A stretch of 34,192 nucleotides of DNA from a virus (Duplodnaviria > Caudoviricetes), in the IMG/VR virus record IMGVR_UViG_3300020205_000781, positions 1 through 34,192 of that record. One strand, written 5' to 3'. Position 1 is the first letter of the stretch; every line of letters starts with the position of its first letter. A model generated the notes under the pieces. That model was given only the letters and a program-made list of their open reading frames with translations, ran no database searches and was not told the origin of the DNA. A program made the position numbers and the translations under genes. This document shows, one piece after another, positions 8,447-15,540 of this stretch.

Positions 8447-9541
8447 ATGACAGTATACCTCGTAGATCTCGAGGCTGTTGAAACTAGGTACACGGGTCAA
8501 TGGAAGACTCATGTACCTAATCTCTTGCGAAAGGCAGGACACAATGTTCAAATTATCTCTGGTCCCGCAGATATCCCTAGTGCTACTACCCCTGGGGCTT
8601 TTCTTAATTTTGGCGGCACAAACATCTACAAAGCTCGGCAGGTTGAGCAGATGGGTCGGCTATTTTGCGACGGAGCCGTTCATGCAGGTGATCATTTTAT
8701 ATTTACTGATGCTTGGCACCCTGGTATCATCAATCTCAAGTACATGAGTGAGTTGCTGAATATTCCAGTAACTACACACGGGCTTTGGCATGCTGGCAGT
8801 TATGATCCACAAGATTTTCTTGGGCGCTTAGTTGGCGCTAAGAAATGGGTTAGACACGCTGAGAAAAGTTTCTTTTATGCGTTTGATCACAACTATTTTG
8901 CCACAGACTTCCATATTAGGATGTTTGTAGACAACTTGTTAGAAGACGGTTTCAAGAGTGAAAATCCCTGGTATGAGTTAGATTTTGAAGATTATCAAAC
9001 TAGTGGTAAGATTGTACGCACAGGTTGGCCTATGGAGTATATGGAAAATACATTAACAATGTATAAGAACATGTCCAAGCGTGATCTTATTTTGTTTCCG
9101 CATCGCATTGCTCCAGAGAAGCAAGTTGAAATTTTCCGTGACTTGAAAGAACATCTACCACAATATGAATTCGTTGTGTGTCAGGATCAACAGCTAACAA
9201 AGAATGAATATCATAATTTGCTAGGTGAAGCTAAACTAGTGTTCAGCGCAAACTTACAAGAAACGTTAGGTATTAGTTGTTATGAAGGTGCTATTGTAGA
9301 TGCTATTCCAATGGTTCCGGATCGTTTAAGTTATACAGAAATGTATTACGATACATTTAAGTATCCGGAGATGTGGACCCGCAATTGGGAAAATTATGTC
9401 GGGTATCGCCCACAGCTATGCGCTCAGATTATTCAGTACATGACCAATTACGATAAATTTGTTCCTACTGTACGAAAGCAGACATCGGATCTAACAGAAC
9501 ATTTCTTTAGTGCTAATAAACTATTGGGAAATATTAAATGA
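8447..9541 (+). CDS. GT-B fold glycosyltransferase (GT4-like; resembles the DUF3524/GTDC1 family)
   Basis: FPHRIAPEK donor-binding loop, the E-x7-E motif (QETLGISCYEG) and PDRLSYTE. Confidence 0.85.
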   Translation: MTVYLVDLEAVETRYTGQWKTHVPNLLRKAGHNVQIISGPADIPSATTPGAFLNFGGTNIYKARQVEQMGRLFCDGAVHAGDHFIFTDAWHPGIINLKYMSELLNIPVTTHGLWHAGSYDPQDFLGRLVGAKKWVRHAEKSFFYAFDHNYFATDFHIRMFVDNLLEDGFKSENPWYELDFEDYQTSGKIVRTGWPMEYMENTLTMYKNMSKRDLILFPHRIAPEKQVEIFRDLKEHLPQYEFVVCQDQQLTKNEYHNLLGEAKLVFSANLQETLGISCYEGAIVDAIPMVPDRLSYTEMYYDTFKYPEMWTRNWENYVGYRPQLCAQIIQYMTNYDKFVPTVRKQTSDLTEHFFSANKLLGNIK

Positions 9542-10341
9542 TTGATTTAAAAATTGGAATTGTAGGCTTAGGATTTGTTGGAGAAGCGATTCGTAATTCA
9601 TGCGATTGGGGCTTGGGGCATGTTGTGTGCGTTGATTCAGATGCGCGAAAAGGACATGTCGGAACTTATGCTCAATTAATGGAGTGTGAAGGTATATTTG
9701 TATGCGTCCCTAGTCCTACCAAAAACGACGGAAGTTGTGACACAAGTATTTTGGAAGATGTACTTTCTAAGCTAGAAGGATTCAAAGGTGTTGTTATTTC
9801 TAAAGTAACGGCACCACCGGATGTATATCAACGACTTGGAGAGAAATATCCTAACCTAGTACATGCTCCAGAATTCTTAACTGCCGCTAATGCCAATAGA
9901 GATTATTCCAACGCTCAATGGAGTATCATCGGTGGTAGCGTTCGTGCTTATCGACACGAAGCTGAGAGGATTATTAAACTAACTCAACCCAGTTTAACAA
10001 CAATCAAGTTCTGTAGTATTGGAGATGCCGCGCTAGCCAAATATGCTATCAACAGCTTTCTAGCAACTAAAGTGATTTTTATGAACGAGCTATACCAACT
10101 GGCAGAAAAGGCTGGATTGAATTATGATATAGTTACTAATTTGATCAAGCAAGACAGTCGAATTGGAGACAGTCATATGCGTGTTCCAGGAACTGACGGA
10201 TCTTTAGGGTTTGGTGGATATTGTTTCCCAAAAGATACAAACGCACTACTCAAATACGCAGAACAAGTAAAATCACCAATGAACGTATTAGAATCAGCAG
10301 TTAAGAAAAATACGTTGTTAAGGTTGACGGAACCTAAATAA
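9538..10341 (+). CDS. UDP-glucose/GDP-mannose dehydrogenase family protein lacking the C-terminal domain
   Basis: Rossmann GIVGLGFVG, FVCVPSP, PEFL, KYAINSFLATKVIFMNE and catalytic GFGGYCFPKD; only 267 aa. Confidence 0.9.
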   Translation: MIDLKIGIVGLGFVGEAIRNSCDWGLGHVVCVDSDARKGHVGTYAQLMECEGIFVCVPSPTKNDGSCDTSILEDVLSKLEGFKGVVISKVTAPPDVYQRLGEKYPNLVHAPEFLTAANANRDYSNAQWSIIGGSVRAYRHEAERIIKLTQPSLTTIKFCSIGDAALAKYAINSFLATKVIFMNELYQLAEKAGLNYDIVTNLIKQDSRIGDSHMRVPGTDGSLGFGGYCFPKDTNALLKYAEQVKSPMNVLESAVKKNTLLRLTEPK

Positions 10342-10352
10342 AGTAGTAAAAT
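10324..10352 (+). promoter_or_regulatory. Sigma70-type promoter for folE
   Basis: TTGACG (10324-10329), 17-nt spacer, TAAAAT (10347-10352); CTAAATA is embedded at 10334-10340. Confidence 0.7.
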
Positions 10353-10388
10353 AAAATGTCATCCTCGACATAAACTCGGAGAATAAAA

Positions 10389-11213
10389 ATGAAAACAAAA
10401 TTTACACCTGATCCTGTAATTGAATCAGAAGATAAACCAAAATTTAAATCAGACGACTACACCCCTCTCGGTAAAGAAGTCTACGTCAAAGCCGCAGATA
10501 TGATGTCTGACAAAGGTTACGAAGAAGCATACTTAGCTGATGTAATCCGTTTTAAAATGAAGCGTGATAACAAACGTTTCTGGGCAGGCGACAACATAAG
10601 CGACTACGTCGACGATGAAAAGAAAAATCAACTAATCGATGAAGCAACAGAAGCATTTGAAGTGGTGCTCGATCGTTTGCTTATAGATCGCGAAAACGAT
10701 CCAAACTCAAAAGGTACAGCTAGACGATTAGCTAAAATGTACTTCAATGAAATAATGGCAGGAAGATATGAACCAGGACCAGACGCAACCGCTTTCCCTA
10801 ACGATTCGGAGGATCGCTACGAAGGCATGCTGGTTGTACGTAGCGAGCTTCGTAGTATGTGCAGCCATCATCACCAACCTGTTTCTGGTGTTGCTTATAT
10901 TGGTATTATTGCTGCCAACAAGCTCATCGGATTGTCCAAGTACACACGAATTGCCCAATGGTGCGCCAGACGAGGTACACTCCAGGAGGAACTTTGTAAC
11001 GACATTGCCCGCGAGATTAGCAAAGCAACTGATTCAGAAAACGTAGCAGTCTACGTTCAAGCAGTACACGGATGCTGTGAGAACCGCGGCATTATGGCGC
11101 ATAGTTCATTAACTCAAACTACAGTATTAAAAGGTACATTTAAAGATGATCCTCATACAAAGAAAGAGTTCTTCGATAACATTAAACTTCAACAAGAGTT
11201 TGCGCCTCGATGA
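10389..11213 (+). CDS. folE: GTP cyclohydrolase I
   Basis: TARRLAKMY, SMCSHH (zinc ligands), GLSK, RRGTLQE and HGCCENRG; long N-terminal extension. Confidence 0.95.
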   Translation: MKTKFTPDPVIESEDKPKFKSDDYTPLGKEVYVKAADMMSDKGYEEAYLADVIRFKMKRDNKRFWAGDNISDYVDDEKKNQLIDEATEAFEVVLDRLLIDRENDPNSKGTARRLAKMYFNEIMAGRYEPGPDATAFPNDSEDRYEGMLVVRSELRSMCSHHHQPVSGVAYIGIIAANKLIGLSKYTRIAQWCARRGTLQEELCNDIAREISKATDSENVAVYVQAVHGCCENRGIMAHSSLTQTTVLKGTFKDDPHTKKEFFDNIKLQQEFAPR

Positions 11214-11323
11214 GATACATTACAAACAAATTTGAAAGCATCCGTTTACCGGTAGAAGATGGATTGTTAGAATGGTTACAAGAAAACTATCCAAATTCTA
11301 AATATTATATTAAGGAAGATTAA
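11210..11323 (+). CDS. Small hypothetical protein, 37 aa (not in the ORF track)
   Basis: ATGA overlap with the folE stop. Reads MRYITNKFESIRLPVEDGLLEWLQENYPNSKYYIKED* and ends 1 nt before the next ATG. Confidence 0.6.
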   Translation: MRYITNKFESIRLPVEDGLLEWLQENYPNSKYYIKED

Positions 11324-11324
11324 T

Positions 11325-11567
11325 ATGGCAACACGTAAAAAGAAAGAAACAGTGACAATGGAAATGCCTGGCACAATCGGCGGGGCAAAAATTATTCTGC
11401 CAGAAAATATACCTTCAGGCGGATGGCCTATGATGAATCAAGGCAGTCACTTAACAGTAAAAACATTCGAAGATGGTCGAACAGAACTTCTTTGGGATGA
11501 CGAGGCCTTGCTCAGAGATGTGCGTGAAGCTATTGCTAGCGTAGAAAATAAAACAAAAGGAGATTAA
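11325..11567 (+). CDS. Hypothetical protein
   Basis: 80 aa with an AAGGA SD. Confidence 0.7.
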   Translation: MATRKKKETVTMEMPGTIGGAKIILPENIPSGGWPMMNQGSHLTVKTFEDGRTELLWDDEALLRDVREAIASVENKTKGD

Positions 11568-11568
11568 A

Positions 11569-12267
11569 ATGTTTGGAGCAAATTATACAGATGGCGGTTT
11601 GATAAACTATCGTTCAGCAGAAGAAATTAATAGTGCGATGGGTCGTGTTTACGGACATATGAGCCTAGCAGTTATTGTATCAATGTTTGTCAGTTACTTT
11701 GTGGGCTCTAGCCCAGAATTGCTACAGTTCTTTTTTACCGGTGTGCTAAAGTGGATTGTAATTTTTGCTCCACTGGCGGCAATATTTGGTGTTAGTTATG
11801 TACTAGGTAACAATCCTAGCAAAGGTGTAGCTCAATTGTGCTTACATGGTTTTGCGGCCCTGATGGGATTGAGTTTTGCTACAATCTTTGCTGTGTTCAC
11901 TATGGGTAGTATTGTGTCAGCATTTATGGGTGCGGCAATTTTATTTGCTGTAATGAGCGGCTACGGCTACTTTACCAAACGTAGTCTAGACAGCATGGGC
12001 AAGTTTATGTTCATTGGATTGATTGCCATTGTCATTGCCAGCATTGTTAATATCTTTATTGGCAGTACTGTAATGCAGATGGTTATTAGTGCCTTGGCAA
12101 TCATTATCTTCTTAGGACTAACTGCCTATGACACACAACGTATTCGAGAAGAACTAAGTGTAGATACTACACCTGCCGCAGAGGTTAGCGGTGCGCTAAC
12201 TCTGTACATGGATTTTATTAATTTGTTTATTAACCTATTACAACTGTTCGGTGACAAAAAGGATTAA
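11569..12267 (+). CDS. Bax inhibitor-1/YccA family membrane protein
   Basis: About 7 TM helices; motifs RVYGHM, GLTAYDTQRI and GALTLYMDFINLFINLL. Confidence 0.92.
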   Translation: MFGANYTDGGLINYRSAEEINSAMGRVYGHMSLAVIVSMFVSYFVGSSPELLQFFFTGVLKWIVIFAPLAAIFGVSYVLGNNPSKGVAQLCLHGFAALMGLSFATIFAVFTMGSIVSAFMGAAILFAVMSGYGYFTKRSLDSMGKFMFIGLIAIVIASIVNIFIGSTVMQMVISALAIIIFLGLTAYDTQRIREELSVDTTPAAEVSGALTLYMDFINLFINLLQLFGDKKD

Positions 12268-12269
12268 AG

Positions 12270-12731
12270 ATGTTTTTAAAATGGCTTGAGAAAAATGACC
12301 GCAAACGTATCATTATGGATCGGCAAAGTAACGAGCCATATTTAGAACGCTATTATATATTCCTAAAAGATCGTAAAAAGTTTCCATTCAATGCTTTTAT
12401 ACATAAGTTTCTTAAATCAGATCCCGACGAAGTTCATGATCATCCGTGGCCTTACGCTACACTTATTTTAAAAGGTGGTTACTGGGAATGGATTCCAAAG
12501 TTTGATAGTATCGGAAAACAGTTCGGTGAATATCGAGTGTGGAGAGGTCCGGGACATTTTCGTGTTTGTAAATCGACCAGCTATCACAGGATTGAATTAG
12601 ATCCTAACATCACAGCGTGGACATTGTTTATACCAGGTCCACAAAAAAGAGAATGGGGATTTTTAGTAAACAACAATTGGATACACAACGAACAATTTTT
12701 GAAAGAGAAACGTGAACAAGCTAATAATTAA
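12270..12731 (+). CDS. Cupin-fold protein (putative metal-dependent enzyme)
   Basis: HDHPW...ILKGGYWE and a downstream YHRIEL, matching the two cupin metal-binding motifs. Confidence 0.75.
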   Translation: MFLKWLEKNDRKRIIMDRQSNEPYLERYYIFLKDRKKFPFNAFIHKFLKSDPDEVHDHPWPYATLILKGGYWEWIPKFDSIGKQFGEYRVWRGPGHFRVCKSTSYHRIELDPNITAWTLFIPGPQKREWGFLVNNNWIHNEQFLKEKREQANN

Positions 12732-13209
12732 CAACACAGAATATAAAGGTCTAGTCAACGATATTTGTAGAAATATCGCACTTGAAGATTGGACTCCGGA
12801 TTATATCGTAGGCATTACTAGAGGTGGACTGCTACCAGCTGTAATGATCAGTCAATACTTTAATATCAAGATGAATAGTTTAGACATTAGTCTACGTGAC
12901 GGAGGAGACTGTGTCAGTAACCTAGGTATGGCCGAAGATGCTTACAAAGGAAAGAAAATTCTTATTGTAGACGACATTAATGATACTGGTGCTACGATAA
13001 ATTGGATTATGGAAGATTGGCCTAGTGGCTGTTTTCCCGGCGACTCAATCTGGAACGAGATATGGGGAGACAATGTTCGATTTGCTGTAGTAGTTGATAA
13101 TCTGGCAAGTCAGAGTAGAGTTAAAATGAACTACGTTGGCATAGAAGTTAACAAATCAGAAAAAGATGTTTGGATTGAATTTCCTTATGAGGAGTGGTGG
13201 GCAAAATGA
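12712..13209 (+). CDS. Type I phosphoribosyltransferase (Gpt/XGPRT-like)
   Basis: IVGITRGGLLPA, PRPP loop ILIVDDINDTGAT and C-terminal WIEFPYE. Confidence 0.9.
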   Translation: MNKLIINNTEYKGLVNDICRNIALEDWTPDYIVGITRGGLLPAVMISQYFNIKMNSLDISLRDGGDCVSNLGMAEDAYKGKKILIVDDINDTGATINWIMEDWPSGCFPGDSIWNEIWGDNVRFAVVVDNLASQSRVKMNYVGIEVNKSEKDVWIEFPYEEWWAK

Positions 13210-13388
13210 GTATTGTACAACAGAGAATGATGGAACTAATGGAGCCAATCGAACGTCAAATTATGATGTGCGATAATCGAGAAGATCTCTTGATGATGGC
13301 ATGTGCTATGATGACAACAGTTAAAGATATTTTTGATAATGAACTTGGACCAGAGGGTCGTAAGCAGATGTTTAAGGACTATACATGA
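13206..13388 (+). CDS. Small Met-rich hypothetical protein
   Basis: ATG 13206 overlaps the PRTase stop (ATGA); 60 aa, 11 Met. Confidence 0.65.
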   Translation: MSIVQQRMMELMEPIERQIMMCDNREDLLMMACAMMTTVKDIFDNELGPEGRKQMFKDYT

Positions 13389-13657
13389 ACACTAAAGAAA
13401 AAGAAGTAATGGACATTCTACAAGAAGAATGTGCCGAAGTAATTCAAGCAGTAAGTAAAATTAGTCGATTTGGAATTGACAATTTTAAACCAGGTAAGCC
13501 AAAAACTAACCGAGAACACTTAGAAGAAGAACTTGGAGATATGCTCGCAATGATTGACATCATGCTAGAGAAGAGTGTAATATCATTAGAGCATTTAGAA
13601 ATTGCTAAAAAAGCAAAAATAGAAAAACTAAAGAAATGGTCAAACATTTATGAGTAA
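13385..13657 (+). CDS. MazG-like NTP pyrophosphohydrolase
   Basis: All-alpha motifs LQEECAEVIQA and LEEELGDMLA (ExxE...ExxD). Confidence 0.85.
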   Translation: MNTKEKEVMDILQEECAEVIQAVSKISRFGIDNFKPGKPKTNREHLEEELGDMLAMIDIMLEKSVISLEHLEIAKKAKIEKLKKWSNIYE

Positions 13658-14513
13658 AATTAAAGTAGCAGAATTATTTTATAGCATACAAGGTGAAGGA
13701 CGTTACATGGGTGTACCGTCTGTTTTCTTGCGTACATTTGGGTGTAACTTTACCTGTCAAGGTTTTGGTATGCCGCGTGGTGAGCTGAGCAAGGAAGCAG
13801 ATAATCTTGCCTTGCTTCAAGACATTCACGATACTCCTCCATTTAAAAAATATGAAGACTTACCTCTTGTAAGTACAGGATGCGATAGCTATGCTAGCTG
13901 GCATCCTAGCTTCAAAGACTTGAGCCCGTTGTTAACTACAGATGCTATTGTAGAACGCATTATGGAAATTCTTCCACACGGAGAATGGCGTGATGAACAT
14001 CTTGTCATTACTGGCGGTGAACCGTTGTTAGGTTGGCAAAAGCAATATCCAGATTTGTTAAGACATCCTAAGATGGTAGGTCTTAAAGAAATCACGTTTG
14101 AAACAAACGGCACAATGCGGTTGACCAGTGTGTTCAAAGAATTCTTAACAGACTGGGCATTTGGTAGTGACGATAGAGAAATTACATTTAGTGTAAGTGC
14201 CAAACTTCCTTGCTCCGGCGAATCGTGGGATGATGCTATCAAACCAGCAGTTGTTTGTGACTATGAGGACTTTGGTACAGCATACTTAAAGTTTGTTATT
14301 GCTACTGAACAAGACTTTGCTGATGCCGAATGTGCTATTGCCGCATATCGTAAGGCAGGGTTTGAAGGTCACGTGTATCTAATGCCAGTTGGCGGTGTCG
14401 AAAGTGTCTACGCAATGAATAATAAAAATGTAGCATTGTTGGCAATGAAACATGGATTGCGCTACAGCGATAGACTACAAGTTCCTTTGTTTAAAAATGA
14501 GTGGGGAACTTAA
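13650..14513 (+). CDS. queE: 7-carboxy-7-deazaguanine synthase (radical SAM)
   Basis: ELFYSIQGEG, VFLRTFGCNFTC...GCDS, VITGGEP, FETNGT, YLKFV and SDRLQVPL. Confidence 0.93.
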   Translation: MSKIKVAELFYSIQGEGRYMGVPSVFLRTFGCNFTCQGFGMPRGELSKEADNLALLQDIHDTPPFKKYEDLPLVSTGCDSYASWHPSFKDLSPLLTTDAIVERIMEILPHGEWRDEHLVITGGEPLLGWQKQYPDLLRHPKMVGLKEITFETNGTMRLTSVFKEFLTDWAFGSDDREITFSVSAKLPCSGESWDDAIKPAVVCDYEDFGTAYLKFVIATEQDFADAECAIAAYRKAGFEGHVYLMPVGGVESVYAMNNKNVALLAMKHGLRYSDRLQVPLFKNEWGT

Positions 14514-15115
14514 TGAGATTTGATTTTGTCGACATAGGTACTTGCGATTTTAATACCAGCGCAAGTGAAGTCTTGAAAGACGATCGAGCAAAAGTATTAC
14601 TAATTGAGCCATTAAAATTCTATCTCGACAGATTACCTGTACACGACAATATATTAAAATCTAACGTTGCCATTGGAAATCAGCGAGGCGTTGCTTCAGT
14701 ATTTTATCTAGAAGAAAAAACTATTGTAGAATACAATTTACCAGATTGGTTAAAAGGGTGTAGTACGTTAGGAAGGCCGCATTGGCTAGCTATTGATAAC
14801 TTAAATCAAAAAGGTTTAAGTCATGATCTCATCAAACAACAACAGATAAATATAGTTACATTTAAGGATCTTTGTGAGGTATTTGATATACAATCTATTG
14901 GGAAGTTAACAATAGACACAGAAGGACATGATCATCTTATATTACCCGATGTTTACGAAAAAGTAATTTCCGGGTTTGATATTAAAACTATAATTTTCGA
15001 ATACCAGCCTTATATGGGAAATACAGATCAATTAGATGAGTTGTCATTAAAATTTGAAGCCGCGGGTTATAAAAAATCCTGGCCAACTACTATGGACGTT
15101 AGATTAGACAAATGA
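14513..15115 (+). CDS. FkbM-family SAM-dependent methyltransferase
   Basis: FVDIG, LLIEP, NVAIG and LTIDTEGHD motifs; ATG 14513 is coupled to the queE stop (TAATG). Confidence 0.8.
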   Translation: MRFDFVDIGTCDFNTSASEVLKDDRAKVLLIEPLKFYLDRLPVHDNILKSNVAIGNQRGVASVFYLEEKTIVEYNLPDWLKGCSTLGRPHWLAIDNLNQKGLSHDLIKQQQINIVTFKDLCEVFDIQSIGKLTIDTEGHDHLILPDVYEKVISGFDIKTIIFEYQPYMGNTDQLDELSLKFEAAGYKKSWPTTMDVRLDK

Positions 15116-15540
15116 TTAAAAATATATTTAAAAAACTTACAGGACTAGATAAAATCGAAGCTGAGGTAGCCGATGCTACAAGGCGAAAAATTGAAGCTGA
15201 GGTAGCCGCTGAAAAGGCTGTTGAAGAAGCAAGACTCGCTAAAATTAGTCCAAAAGAACGTGCTACTGAAGCTAAAGAACCTTGGGTAGAAGTATTAGAT
15301 ACGCATGTTAACAAAGACAATGTTCGGAATGGTTTTTTTGAACTTGACTGGAATGAGTATTTTGTGTTACAATTACGTAGCAATGGTTATCAAGGTGATT
15401 CAGACGAGGTCATTGTAGATCAGTGGTTCCAGGATCTTTGCCGAAATATTGGTGCCGAGCAAGGTATTAATATGGAACGCAGAGCTAGTGGTTTTGTTAA
15501 CGTAAACGACCTAGGCAACGGTAAATCCGAAATTTCATGA
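15112..15540 (+). CDS. Hypothetical protein
   Basis: ATGA overlaps; N-terminal coiled coil with a duplicated KIEAEVA and a globular C-terminus (GFFELDWN). Confidence 0.75.
   Translation: MIKNIFKKLTGLDKIEAEVADATRRKIEAEVAAEKAVEEARLAKISPKERATEAKEPWVEVLDTHVNKDNVRNGFFELDWNEYFVLQLRSNGYQGDSDEVIVDQWFQDLCRNIGAEQGINMERRASGFVNVNDLGNGKSEIS

Noticed and set aside
15151-15208. 22-nt direct repeat with a 36-nt period
   Set aside because: An in-frame duplication of KIEAEVA in a coiled coil; two copies only, with no regulatory or mobile signature.
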